Positions 54,263 through 63,779 of a stretch of DNA of 64,000 bases are shown piece after piece. Source of the DNA: Dehalococcoidia bacterium (lineage in GTDB: Bacteria; Chloroflexota; Dehalococcoidia; UBA2979); NCBI GenBank assembly GCA_965219085.1, contig OZ244720.1, positions 1,216,001-1,280,000 on the forward strand. The letters are read 5' to 3'. Both the position numbers and the translations under genes were made by a program. Each line of letters starts with the position of its first letter. The stretch's first letter is position 1. The notes under the pieces are model-generated. The model did not search any database, was not told where the DNA came from, and saw only the letters and a program-made list of their open reading frames with translations.

Positions 54263-55715
54263 GGCGTCCGTGTTCCGGCATGCGCCAGTGATACACGCAT
54301 TTGCGCAACTCGCGGCGTCCGAACCGTCCCATCTGTTGGCTGGCGTTGCCCTTCCCTCGAGGGAGGACGCTGATCTCCTCGCACTCGAAGCCGCATGCCT
54401 CGGCGATGTCCGAGAGGATGAGATCCACGGGAACCTCCTCACCGTGGTACTGGACATTGTCGTTGACCATGACCACGCGGCCACCCGGTCTCGTGACTCG
54501 TGCTAACTCGGCGACGATTACTGCCATCTCCAAGAAGTAGTTCTCCACTAGTCGGATGACATGTGGATTGCCCAACTCGGCCCGTCGCTGCAGCAAGGCA
54601 TGGAGCGCCTCGTGGAGTGCCGCTTGCGACCGGAACGCCTCCTTAGCACGATGCAGAATATCACTACGCGGATATTCGCGATCAAGGAATGTCGCTTTCG
54701 ATCGGTTCTCTACGGTCGCGCTGAGCAACGCTTGGCGGAGCTGACCGAATCTTGCTTTGTCGTAACCCAGCCATGCCAGCTCTAGCGCGTAGGTCCGCGT
54801 GTAGTCGTATCGATTGGCGTACGGAGGCGAGGTGATCGTCAGTCCTACCGACTGATCCGGCAGAAGTGCGAGCTCATCGAGGGCCGAGCCCTGCAAGAGG
54901 CGGGGTCGTTCGCCGCCGTAGCGCGATGCGAGTTCCGGTGCATCCTCCGTAATCTCCGTGAGGCGTTGTTCGAGGGCTTCAGCGAAGCTCGGGATGGGCC
55001 CCTTGTACATACCCCCGCGAAGGTCGCGTCCCGACCGGTCGTCCCAGCGCAGGTACTGGCCGTCTTTCCGGGTGTAACTCACTTCCTCCAGTACGCTCAT
55101 GCAAGCCACGTCGAGGATCGTTCGAAGCGGCTCGTCGTCACAGGTCTGGAGAAAGGCTCGTGCCCTCGCGATCGCGCGCTCAGTTTCAGCTGAGAAGGCA
55201 TGTTCGGTGATCGCAACGTGGGGAAAGCGGAACGCCTTAGCAGTACTGCGGCCGCGCAGTGCGCTGAGTAGAGCGGCTCCGGCCGATTCGATTGCGGTCG
55301 ACGTGACTCCGTTGGCGACGAGCGATATCGCCCACGCGGCTCGGACGCCGACGGGCATGATTTCGATCCCCGTCGCTTCTCGCCCAGCGCCACCCGCGAC
55401 AAGTGCTGTCGTGCCGAGGCCGGCGAAGGGATCGAGTACAGGTCCGTCGGCCTTGAGGAGAGCACTCTGGACCAACTCCGCGGAGAAGCCTTCCTTGTAG
55501 CGCAACCAGCGCAGCCCAGGTTGCGTCTTATTTCCTTGGTACGACACGAGGCGGCGGGTGAGTTCGTCTCGGACTACTAGCCGGTCGATGAAACGCTGGT
55601 GCAGGGCGTCCCGCTCGCTCCGATCGGCTTCGCCAAGGACCTCTACCTCTCTGCCATTGACACGGTAGGTGCCTTGAATGTCCCTGACCGATCGAGTCGC
55701 TGTCTCGCCTACCAC
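54255..55715 (-). CDS. DNA methyltransferase, probably N4-cytosine
   Basis: W..YKEGFS..LV, LDPFAG.GTT, TSPPY. Confidence 0.87.
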   Translation of the reverse strand: MVGETATRSVRDIQGTYRVNGREVEVLGEADRSERDALHQRFIDRLVVRDELTRRLVSYQGNKTQPGLRWLRYKEGFSAELVQSALLKADGPVLDPFAGLGTTALVAGGAGREATGIEIMPVGVRAAWAISLVANGVTSTAIESAGAALLSALRGRSTAKAFRFPHVAITEHAFSAETERAIARARAFLQTCDDEPLRTILDVACMSVLEEVSYTRKDGQYLRWDDRSGRDLRGGMYKGPIPSFAEALEQRLTEITEDAPELASRYGGERPRLLQGSALDELALLPDQSVGLTITSPPYANRYDYTRTYALELAWLGYDKARFGQLRQALLSATVENRSKATFLDREYPRSDILHRAKEAFRSQAALHEALHALLQRRAELGNPHVIRLVENYFLEMAVIVAELARVTRPGGRVVMVNDNVQYHGEEVPVDLILSDIAEACGFECEEISVLPRGKGNASQQMGRFGRRELRKCVYHWRMPEHGRLD

Positions 55716-55839
55716 GTGCAGCCCCCCCCAACTGGCGCGACTATACTGCTTAGTCGCTTGTACGGTCGAACCATTCCGCTCGGTGGGAACGAACGCGTGT
55801 TCTGCCGCCGATACTATCAGGCTGGCCCGCGCCGCACCA

Positions 55840-57015
55840 TCACTCCACCCCCCGCAAACACGTCAGCCCGTCCAACTCCACGCCCCTCCCCATCACCACC
55901 ACCCGCACCCGCCCCAACCCCGCCGGATCCAGCAGCGTCTCCGACGCCGCGCGGGCCGTGGCGTAGGCGGCGAGGTCCGAGGCGGCGCGGGTGCGGGCGG
56001 CGTCGAGTTGCTCGCCGATGCCGAGCGCGATCAGGGCCTCGGTCTGGGAGACGGGGGGCGCCGACTCGAAGCCGGACTCGGCGGCGGCAGCGGCCAGCGA
56101 GGTGAGGTCGACATGGGCGGTGAGGTCGGTCAGGCCGGGCTGGGCGAGCGGGTTGGGTTGCGGGCTGTGGTCGCGGAACGCCATCAGCGTGCCCATGCGC
56201 CGCCACGGCGCGTAGAGGCGCTCGGCCTCGTAGCCGTAGTCGATGGTGACGATGTAGCCGCGTCCGACGCGCGACGCCAGCGCCCGCATCGCGTCGACGG
56301 CGGCGAGCGAGACCTCGGCGCGACAGCCGTCGCCGGGCTCGATGCCGAGCCGCGCGAAGTAGGCGGCGAGGTCGGGCATGCTCGCCTCGCCGAGTTCCAG
56401 CTGTAGCCCGCCGTCGACGCGCGCGACGTACCACTCGCGCAATTCGTCGCCGCGACGCTCGACGAGGTGGACGGGGAAGGCGTCGAACAGCTCGTTGGAG
56501 ATGACGACGCCCTCGATGGGGTCGGGCTCGGCGAGCCACTCGCCGAACAGCGCGGCGCGCACGTCGTGGCCGCGGGCGGCGAGAGCGGCGCGCTGCTCCT
56601 CGACGCGCCGGGGGTGGCCGTCGAGGACGGTGACGCGCGCGGCGGCGTGGCACTCCGGCGCGCGGGCGCGCAGCCAGTCGAGCATCGACGCCATGAACGC
56701 GCCCGAGCCCGCGCCCGGCTCGATGAGGCCGAAGGCCGCGGGCGAGCCGAGCCGCTCCCAGCACTCTGCGATCTGGCGCGCCCAGAGGTAGCCGAAGATC
56801 GGGTGCACCTCGGGCGAGGTCTCGTAGTCACCGTCGCGGCCCCAGGCGAGGCCGGGGCGAGCGTAGTAGCCGTGCTCCGGGTGGCCGAGCGCGAGCTCCA
56901 TGAAGCGCGCGAAGGTGATACGTCCCGCCGCGGCGATCTCGCCCTCGATGACCGCCGCTAGGGGCGTCGAGCCCTGCGCGAGGGCGAAGTCGTCGGCCGC
57001 CGGCTGCGCGCTCAT
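55840..57015 (-). CDS. MidA/NDUFAF7-family SAM methyltransferase (DUF185)
   Basis: ITFARFME.AL..P..GYY, D..TSPE, E.GAG.G, SNELFDAFP, IDYG, D.TAHVD. Confidence 0.92.
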   Translation of the reverse strand: MSAQPAADDFALAQGSTPLAAVIEGEIAAAGRITFARFMELALGHPEHGYYARPGLAWGRDGDYETSPEVHPIFGYLWARQIAECWERLGSPAAFGLIEPGAGSGAFMASMLDWLRARAPECHAAARVTVLDGHPRRVEEQRAALAARGHDVRAALFGEWLAEPDPIEGVVISNELFDAFPVHLVERRGDELREWYVARVDGGLQLELGEASMPDLAAYFARLGIEPGDGCRAEVSLAAVDAMRALASRVGRGYIVTIDYGYEAERLYAPWRRMGTLMAFRDHSPQPNPLAQPGLTDLTAHVDLTSLAAAAAESGFESAPPVSQTEALIALGIGEQLDAARTRAASDLAAYATARAASETLLDPAGLGRVRVVVMGRGVELDGLTCLRGVE

Positions 57016-57058
57016 GGCGTCATCGTAGCCGCGGGCGGGGTCTGGGGCAGGGTGAGGG

Positions 57059-57466
57059 CTAGGCTGTACCGAGGAGGGCTGCGGGCCGGGCGGCGACGTC
57101 GGGTGCTCCGGCCAGTATCCCGCCATCGAGTGTGGCGAGGGGCACGCCGAGCGTGCGGGCGAGCGCGACGAACTCCGCGTCGTAGGCGGTCAGGCCGCAC
57201 TCTATCGCGACATCGAGGATGTGCCCGGAATCGACCGGCGTAATGCGGTCGCCAAGGACGGCAGCGGCGCGGTCGCTCATAACCTTCGCGCGGTCCGATG
57301 TGATGGCTCCACGACGCAGCATCCCGACCAGCACGTTTCGGAACTCGCTCATGAGGATGCGGGGCGAGGCCCACTCGCCATCCGCGTCGAAGAGCGCGGA
57401 TGCGTCCGCGGTTTCCGGGCCGTCGATGATGAGATGCACCACGACGTTCGTGTCAACGACGATCAC
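57059..57466 (-). CDS. vapC: PIN-domain toxin VapC
   Basis: IVVDTNV, SEFRNVL, LTAYDAEFVALA..LG..L.T.D. Confidence 0.92.
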   Translation of the reverse strand: MIVVDTNVVVHLIIDGPETADASALFDADGEWASPRILMSEFRNVLVGMLRRGAITSDRAKVMSDRAAAVLGDRITPVDSGHILDVAIECGLTAYDAEFVALARTLGVPLATLDGGILAGAPDVAARPAALLGTA

Positions 57467-57705
57467 GGCCGTCCGGCGTTCTTCAGCTCCTGGATCGTCT
57501 CGTTATCGAGGTCGATCGGCCCGGTGGCCTCGCGCTCCCGCCTGATGCGCTCGAGGAGTTCCGCACGGTCCGCGGACAAGGGTCGCACCGACGCGGTGAG
57601 CCGGGCCAGGATCTCGCCGTTGAGGCTGCGGTGATTGCGGCTCGCGGCGTCCTTCAATGCCGCGTGCACCTCTTCCGGGATCCCACGGAGCGTGACGTTG
57701 GGCAT
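57463..57705 (-). CDS. FitA/Arc-like antitoxin
   Basis: TLR.IPEEVH..LK..A..N.RSLNGEI..L. Confidence 0.9.
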   Translation of the reverse strand: MPNVTLRGIPEEVHAALKDAASRNHRSLNGEILARLTASVRPLSADRAELLERIRREREATGPIDLDNETIQELKNAGRP

Positions 57706-57722
57706 GCTTGTATTCCTCGTAT

Positions 57723-57741
57723 GTGATACCGAAGTGACACC
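57723..57741. promoter_or_regulatory. Possible antitoxin operator (GTGATACC/GTGACACC direct repeat)
   Basis: Two 8-mers just upstream of the antitoxin start. Confidence 0.4.
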
Positions 57742-57782
57742 AGATCAGTGTACAGCGAGCGGAGGAGCCCGGGCGAGTTTGC

Positions 57783-58331
57783 CTAGCCGGGCGCGCCGGC
57801 GAGGAGGCCCATCACCTGCACCGTGACGCGCCGCCGCTGCTGCCCCTCCGGCCGCAGCGGCGGGTTGTCGAGCTCCACGAGGAAGATGCTCTGCCACATC
57901 CCCATCTGGATCGCCCCGTCGACGATGGGCAGCGTCTCGCTCGCGCCGAGGAAGAGGTGCTGGAGGTGCGAGTGGCCGTTCTCGGGCTCGTTCTCGGTCA
58001 TGTTGACCGTGCGGATCGTGAAGTCGTTGTGCTCGTAGTAGTCGTCGGCCGGGGCGATGCGCTGCAGCAGGCGCGCCATGTCCTTCAGCAGCAGCGGCTC
58101 GTGCTCCTGCACGACCACGGCTGCCGTCGTGTGCGCCGAGGAGACCAGCACCTGCCCGATGGTCACGCCCGAGCGCTCGACGACGCCGCGTACGTCGTCG
58201 CTCACGTCGATGAACTCGCACGGGTGGGTGGTGGCGTACTCAAGGCGTTCCGAGAACACGGTGAACTGTGCGGCGGGCGCCGTGGCCGAATAGAGGGACT
58301 GGACGCTGCCTCGCTGTGGCTCCTGCGTCAT
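57783..58331 (-). CDS. YjbQ/UPF0047 family protein
   Basis: HTTA.V..QE.EP, Y.HND, NGHSHL, G.WQ.IF.VELD. Confidence 0.9.
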   Translation of the reverse strand: MTQEPQRGSVQSLYSATAPAAQFTVFSERLEYATTHPCEFIDVSDDVRGVVERSGVTIGQVLVSSAHTTAAVVVQEHEPLLLKDMARLLQRIAPADDYYEHNDFTIRTVNMTENEPENGHSHLQHLFLGASETLPIVDGAIQMGMWQSIFLVELDNPPLRPEGQQRRRVTVQVMGLLAGAPG

Positions 58332-58439
58332 CGGGACCCCTCGGTGAGACGGGCGCGACCTCGCGTGCAGCCCGTTATGACCGCCTCAGCGATAGTAGCA
58401 GCCGCACCCGCGGTCGGCCATTCGTACGGCGACGCAGTA

Positions 58440-59303
58440 TCAGGATGCCTCCGCGCCCGTGTGGCGCCGCAGCGACCGCACGGTGTCGGCGATCGTGGCG
58501 GCGTCGCGCGCGCCGGGCCGGTACTCGAGGTATGTCTCAAGGTCGGTGAGCGCCTCCGCGTAGCGCCCGAGGCGCTCGCGCAGCCGGCCGCGATCGCGCA
58601 TCTCGTCCAGGTCCCACGGCGCCAGCACGAGCAGCAACTCGATCGCGCGTTCGGCCTGTGCCTCGTCGCCGCGGCGCAGCGCGTTGGCCTTGAGGTTGTG
58701 GAGCAGGCGCTGCAGCAGCTGGCGCGGCGTGACCGGGTCCAGCAAGTGATCCCGGAATGGCGTCGCGCTGCCGTAGATCGACCGCACGATGCCCTCGCAG
58801 TCGGCGACGGTGAGGAGCGCGCCGCCGCGGAACACGTCGACGAACAGTGTCTCCTCGTCCGGCCGGGCAGCGTTCCGCACGATCACGTGGCCGGGCATCC
58901 CGACCCCGCGCATATCGAGGCCGGCCGTGCGGCAGACCTCGACGTAGACGACGGCGAGGGTGACCGGGATGCCGGTGCGGCGCTCCATCACCTCGTCGAG
59001 CAGCAGGTTGCGAGGGTCGGAGTAGTCCTCCTCGTTGCCGCGGAAGCCGAGCTCGCCGAACAGCAGCTCATTCGCGGTTTCGACGTGGGCGAGCGGCTCG
59101 GCGGCGGGGTGGACGCGCGCCTCGAGGCGTCGTCCCCACTCGCGCAGTTGCGCCTCGTAGGCGTCGATGTCGAGACCGGGCTGCTCGCCCTGCGCAACGA
59201 GCAGCGCGGCACGCGCGAGCGGCACGTCGTGCCCCGGCTCTCCGAGGGCAGCGCGGAACCGCTCGGCCAGGTGAGCAAGCGATGCGTGAGGGGGTTCGGT
59301 CAT
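58440..59303 (-). CDS. SirB1 transglutaminase-like/TPR protein
   Basis: GFRGN..DY.DPRN..L..V.ERR.GIP.TL, G.PGH, RDRG. Confidence 0.9.
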   Translation of the reverse strand: MTEPPHASLAHLAERFRAALGEPGHDVPLARAALLVAQGEQPGLDIDAYEAQLREWGRRLEARVHPAAEPLAHVETANELLFGELGFRGNEEDYSDPRNLLLDEVMERRTGIPVTLAVVYVEVCRTAGLDMRGVGMPGHVIVRNAARPDEETLFVDVFRGGALLTVADCEGIVRSIYGSATPFRDHLLDPVTPRQLLQRLLHNLKANALRRGDEAQAERAIELLLVLAPWDLDEMRDRGRLRERLGRYAEALTDLETYLEYRPGARDAATIADTVRSLRRHTGAEAS

Positions 59304-59872
59304 GCGACGGCGAATCCTTCGACCCGCCACAGTTTCACAAAGAGCAGCGACACGAGCACGGCGACCCCGAGCATGGGCGTCGGAGGCGCGTCCAGCACGT
59401 ACGCGATGGGGATGACCGAGAGCAGCGCGGTGAGACCGGCGAGCCGCCTGGACGCCCCGAGGCGCCAGAGCACGAAGGCGAGCACCGCCGCGATGAGGCC
59501 GGGCGCGGGCAGCAGCGCAATGAGCGCGCCGACGGTGGCTCCGGTGCCGTTGCCCCCGTGGAAGCGCAGGAAGATCGACCAATCGTGGCCGGCCACGGCC
59601 ATCATGCCGGCCAGCACAGCCTCGATGTCGCCGAGGCCGGCAGCGTAGGCGAGCCCGACGGCCGCTGCGCCCTTCCCGATGTCGGCGGCGCCGACCACGA
59701 TCGCGGGCTTCCACCCGACGTGGTCGCGGACGTTCATGGTGCCCGGGTTGCCGGAGCCGATGCTTCGGATGTCCTGCCCGCTGACCAGGCGCACGATCAC
59801 GTATGAACTGGGGATGGAGCCGAGGAGGTATGCGCCGAGGAGCACGAGAGCCAGCGTGCCGGAGGGTTCCAC
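59300..59872 (-). CDS. plsY: Glycerol-3-phosphate acyltransferase PlsY
   Basis: AYLLGSIP, DIR..GSGNPG..N, D..KG, GH.WS.F..F.GG.G. Confidence 0.92.
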   Translation of the reverse strand: MEPSGTLALVLLGAYLLGSIPSSYVIVRLVSGQDIRSIGSGNPGTMNVRDHVGWKPAIVVGAADIGKGAAAVGLAYAAGLGDIEAVLAGMMAVAGHDWSIFLRFHGGNGTGATVGALIALLPAPGLIAAVLAFVLWRLGASRRLAGLTALLSVIPIAYVLDAPPTPMLGVAVLVSLLFVKLWRVEGFAVA

Positions 59873-60001
59873 GTCGTCCTCCGTTCGGCGTTCGCCACCG
59901 CTGCGCGCCGCGCGTCACCGCGGCCGCCGCGTCGGTGGCCTTGAGGGTACCTTACGCGCGCGTTAACCGGACAGGCGCTCGCCGCGGGGTGACCAACCGT
60001 G

Positions 60002-60439
60002 TCAGTCGCCGAACGGCGTGAATCCCTCGGGTGCGGCGTCTTCCGGCCCCGCGCTACCCGCGGCCGGTGCGGCGCCCTCAGCCGGCGTCACGACCGTGCG
60101 CGGTTCGGGCGCGGGATCGGACGCCGGCTCCGACTGCTCCGGCGAGTCGTCCGCGAGCGGCTGGAGTTCGCGCCCGACCGCAGAGACAGCAAAGTTGACG
60201 GCGAACGCGGCGAACCAGCCTGGGATGTGCAGGTAGGACCACGGGCGGTCGCGCACGCGCATCGCGGCGATCAGGCCCGGCACGATCTCCTGGGGCCGCA
60301 GTGTCGAAGCGTTGAGCTTGACCTCGAGAGGCTCCCCCTGGAGGTGGCGCTGTCGCAAGTCCATGGCGACACGACCCGCGACCGCCCCGAGCACGGCGTA
60401 CACCATCACCAGGATCGCTCTACGCACGCCACGGATCAT
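60002..60439 (-). CDS. Hypothetical membrane-associated protein
   Basis: GAGGGA RBS before MIRGVRR; hydrophobic N-terminus. Confidence 0.6.
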   Translation of the reverse strand: MIRGVRRAILVMVYAVLGAVAGRVAMDLRQRHLQGEPLEVKLNASTLRPQEIVPGLIAAMRVRDRPWSYLHIPGWFAAFAVNFAVSAVGRELQPLADDSPEQSEPASDPAPEPRTVVTPAEGAAPAAGSAGPEDAAPEGFTPFGD

Positions 60440-60528
60440 CGGTTGGCGTCCCTCGCGTGTAGGGCCAGACGGCCACGGAAGCACCGTAGGACCGGACGGC
60501 GGCGCGAGTCAATCCGCGGGGTGACCTG

Positions 60529-61815
60529 TTAGCGGCAGAGGTCCGAGATCTGATGATCGGGGTTGGCATAGCCGTAGTCCCAGATCCGGGCGTAGCGCGA
60601 CGCCTGCTGGCGCAGGTATTCCTCGGCGGCGGTGCATGCGACCGCCGGCGCCAGCTCGCGCTCGACGGCCGCCTGGAAGATCGACGCGACCTGACCATGC
60701 AGCGAGGCGGCGAAGCCGCTCGCCGCCCGCGTGAAGAGCGCGAGCGCTCCCTCGCTGTCGCCGCCGCGCAGCGCGCCGAGGCCGGCTCGCAGCAAGGCAT
60801 ACGGCACGAGTTCGCGGCGGCCCGAACGCTCCCCCGTTTCGACGCGCCAGTCGACGAGCGCGGTGTCCTCGGCGGCGGCCTCGTACTGGGCACGAGCCGC
60901 CTCGTACGCACCAGCCCCGAACGTCTCGTCTGCGTCGGCGATGGCGTGGAGGAGGTAGCGCGGCGCGTCGGGATAGTCGCTGTCGAAGAACTTCAGCCCG
61001 CCCCAGTTGAGCACGATCTCAACGTCGCGGCGCGGCCCGGCATCGCGGTCCGGCGAGTATTCGTAGCGGAGGATCACGTCCTGCAGCCCGTCGCCGGTGA
61101 CATCCTCGACGCGTATCGAGTGCAGGTCGGTGCGGTCCAGGCGCTCCGGCGCCAGGTCGCCGAAGTCGCCCTGGTGCGCACTCGCGATGAGCAGTCTGCC
61201 CTCGCACAGGGCGGCGCTACAGACACGCGCTGAGATGAGGAGCTCGGGGAAGCGATCGCCGGTGAGGTCGGCGGCGGCTTCGATCACGACATCCTCGAGG
61301 AACTCGCCGGCGAGCGCGCGCGCCGAGGAAAAGAGGCGGAAGTGCTCGTCCGTGCCCTGGAAGAACCAGACGTCGCCCGGATTGGCGCTCTCGGTGGTGG
61401 CGTTGACGGCGAATGCGTACTCGGCGGCGCCGTCACCGTCGATGTCGGCGAAGACGCAGCGCTCGCCCAGGACGGGCGCGAGGTCCCACGCGGCGACGAG
61501 GCCCGGCAGGCAGCCGGCAATGTCTGCGCTACCGCCGGCGAGGTAGCTCGAGACAGGCACGCCTCCGGCGAGCAGGTCGGCGGGGCGGCCGGGCACGCTG
61601 CCCGACGGGGGGGGCGTTGCGCTAGCAGTGAGTGCGGTCGGGGGCAGCGGCGACACGGATCCGCCCGATCCTGCGGCGGTGGGCTCCGGCGTGGGCGTGC
61701 GCGTGAGCGCGACGATCGTCACGTCGCCGCCATCGCCGCAAGCGGCGGCGATGAGCATCGCGATACTCGCGACGGGCACGCTGAGGCGGAGGCGGGCCCA
61801 TCTGTGGATAATCAA
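60529..61815 (-). CDS. Lipoprotein with FG-GAP/VCBS-like Ca-binding motifs and helical C-terminus
   Basis: AAAC-GD lipobox; DIDGDG, DLTGD, DVTGDG..D; TTG after AGGTG. Confidence 0.72.
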   Translation of the reverse strand: MIIHRWARLRLSVPVASIAMLIAAACGDGGDVTIVALTRTPTPEPTAAGSGGSVSPLPPTALTASATPPPSGSVPGRPADLLAGGVPVSSYLAGGSADIAGCLPGLVAAWDLAPVLGERCVFADIDGDGAAEYAFAVNATTESANPGDVWFFQGTDEHFRLFSSARALAGEFLEDVVIEAAADLTGDRFPELLISARVCSAALCEGRLLIASAHQGDFGDLAPERLDRTDLHSIRVEDVTGDGLQDVILRYEYSPDRDAGPRRDVEIVLNWGGLKFFDSDYPDAPRYLLHAIADADETFGAGAYEAARAQYEAAAEDTALVDWRVETGERSGRRELVPYALLRAGLGALRGGDSEGALALFTRAASGFAASLHGQVASIFQAAVERELAPAVACTAAEEYLRQQASRYARIWDYGYANPDHQISDLCR

Positions 61816-61896
61816 ATTGAACACCTGTATTGACTTATTAGCCGAACCTTGCTTGAATGCTTCCCAGCCCGAGGGTGTCCGGTGGGGGGAATCCAG

Positions 61897-62613
61897 TTGG
61901 GCGTCGTCGATTCGCTGCAGGGACGCAAGCTCGCCGCCGAGGCGCTCGGCGCGTTCACCCTGATCTTCATCGGCGCAGGCGCGATCATCGTCACCGGTGG
62001 GGCCAACCTCGTCGCCATCGCACTGGCCCACGGACTCGCCATCGCACTCATGGTCTCCGCGGTCGGCCACGTCTCCGGCGGGCTCTTCAACCCGGCGCTC
62101 ACCATCGGGCTGTGGGCCACACGCCGTATCGGGACTCTCTCAGGCATCCTCTACATCATCGCGCAGTTGGTCGGCGCCGTCGTGGCCGCACTTGCGCTGA
62201 CTGCGCTCTTCCCCGACGTGATGCGCACGGCGACGAACCTCGGCACCCCCACGCTCTCCCCCGGCATCGACTTCGTGCAGGGCGTCGGGATCGAGGCGAT
62301 CGCCACGTTCTTCCTGATGACGGCCGTTTTCGGCACCGTGCTCGACCCGCGCGGCCCCAACCTCGGCGGCTTCGGCATCGGACTCATCATCACCATGGAC
62401 ATCTTCGCGGTCGGGGCGCTGACGGGTGCGGCGATGAACCCTGCCCGCGCGTTCGGCCCGGCCCTGCTCAGCGGTACCTGGGGAGACCACCTCGTGTGGT
62501 GGATCGGCCCGATCATCGGCGCCGTGCTGGCCGCGGTCGTCTATCACTACGTGCTCGCCGACGAGCAGGACCCGCCGGCTGGCGTGCCCGGATTCGTCCC
62601 GAATGAGAGGTAG
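61897..62613 (+). CDS. MIP/aquaporin family channel
   Basis: AE..G.F.L.F.G.G, SGG.FNPA, AMNPARAFGP, W.GPI.GA. Confidence 0.95.
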   Translation: MGVVDSLQGRKLAAEALGAFTLIFIGAGAIIVTGGANLVAIALAHGLAIALMVSAVGHVSGGLFNPALTIGLWATRRIGTLSGILYIIAQLVGAVVAALALTALFPDVMRTATNLGTPTLSPGIDFVQGVGIEAIATFFLMTAVFGTVLDPRGPNLGGFGIGLIITMDIFAVGALTGAAMNPARAFGPALLSGTWGDHLVWWIGPIIGAVLAAVVYHYVLADEQDPPAGVPGFVPNER

Positions 62614-62636
62614 TCGCGTTACGCTATAAAGGGCGG

Positions 62637-62733
62637 CGCACCAAACAGTAGCCAACATCTGCCGCGAATCTAATCACCCCCGCCGCACGGCAGATGTCGG
62701 TGAGAAGGCGGGCCTTCGGGCCCGCCTTCACCA
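62637..62733 (+). ncRNA. Candidate small RNA / structured 3' element
   Basis: TATAAA 62625-62630, 13-bp stem 62652-62700 with C-rich loop, then UUCG hairpin. Confidence 0.4.
62704..62729. terminator. Hairpin GAAGGCGGGCC-TTCG-GGCCCGCCTTC between convergent genes
   Basis: 11-bp perfect stem. Confidence 0.7.
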
Positions 62734-62784
62734 TGCCCGGCGCACTTCGCCGGACGCGTCCATCGAGGGCATCGCCGACGTGCC

Positions 62785-63228
62785 TCAGCGCAGGCCCGTC
62801 GAGCCGTGTCCGCCCGCTCCTCGCGATGTCTCGTCCAGCACGTCGACGACCTCGAGCTCCACGGGCGCGAGACGCGCCACGACGAGCTGCGCGATGCGCT
62901 CGCCGTCCTCGACGACGTAGCGGCCGGGCTCGGGCAGGCAGTACAGGGTCACGAACACCTCGCCACGGTAGTCGGCGTCGATGGTGCCGAACGTGGCGAG
63001 GACGCCGCGCAGCGCGAGGCCGGAGCGCGGACGGACCTGCACGTCGAAGCCTGGCGGCGCCGCAATGGCGATGCCCGTCGGCACGCGCACGGGACGCGTG
63101 CCGACCTCCATCGAGCCGCCGCCGAGTTCCGCGTAGAGGTCGAAGCCGCTGGCGAGCGCACTCTGCCGCTCTGGCAGGCGCGCGCCGGGCCGCAGCAACT
63201 GTACGGCGATGCGCTCGTGATCGCTCAC
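62785..63228 (-). CDS. dut: dUTP diphosphatase
   Basis: SGFDL, VPTG, QVRPRSGLA, GTIDADYRGE, GERIAQLV, RG.GG.GSTG. Confidence 0.95.
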   Translation of the reverse strand: MSDHERIAVQLLRPGARLPERQSALASGFDLYAELGGGSMEVGTRPVRVPTGIAIAAPPGFDVQVRPRSGLALRGVLATFGTIDADYRGEVFVTLYCLPEPGRYVVEDGERIAQLVVARLAPVELEVVDVLDETSRGAGGHGSTGLR

Positions 63229-63266
63229 GGCGCTACGCCCGAGGTGGGAACGATGTGGAACGGCGG

Positions 63267-63779
63267 CTAGGTGGCCGCGGCCTCGCGCGCCCGGGTGACG
63301 CCTCGGCCCTGCTTGGGGGTGAGCACCTCGACGGGGTAGACGCGCTTCTTGAGCATCTCGCGCGGCGGGTCGATGAAGATCGAGCCCCAGCCGCAGGACT
63401 GCTCGCAGAGCCGGCAACCCGTGCACCGCTTCGCGTCGACGATGGCGACGCCGAAGAAGTCGTGGCTGTTCGGCGAGTCCGTGAGCGACAGCGCGTCGAA
63501 CGGGCAGACGTGGATGCACAGCTCGCAGCCGGAGCCGATGCAGTTGTCCTCCACGACCTTCGCGAGCGGCAGCTCGCGGCGGGGGAAGGTGCGGCAGACA
63601 TCGGCGAACTCGTCGAGGATCGACTCGGGCGGGCAGACCGCGCCGCAGGCGCCGCAGTCGATGCAGAGCTCGGGGTCGATGACGTGCAGCGAATCGCGAA
63701 CACCGGTGATGGCGTTGACCGGGCACTTCTTGGTGCACGCGGTGCAGCCGATGCACGTCTCGATGATGGAGTAGGCCAC
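63267..63779 (-). CDS. Polyferredoxin with four 4Fe-4S motifs
   Basis: CIGCTAC...CP, CIDCGAC...CP, CIGSGC..C...CP, CTGC..C...C; AAGGAG RBS. Confidence 0.9.
   Translation of the reverse strand: MAYSIIETCIGCTACTKKCPVNAITGVRDSLHVIDPELCIDCGACGAVCPPESILDEFADVCRTFPRRELPLAKVVEDNCIGSGCELCIHVCPFDALSLTDSPNSHDFFGVAIVDAKRCTGCRLCEQSCGWGSIFIDPPREMLKKRVYPVEVLTPKQGRGVTRAREAAAT

Noticed and set aside
47192-57705. Integron cassette array
   Set aside because: No intI and no recurring attC-like sites recognised
61819-61830. SOS box GAAC-ACCT-GTAT between lipoprotein and aquaporin
   Set aside because: Two mismatches in the right half-site; overlaps the RBS; likely chance
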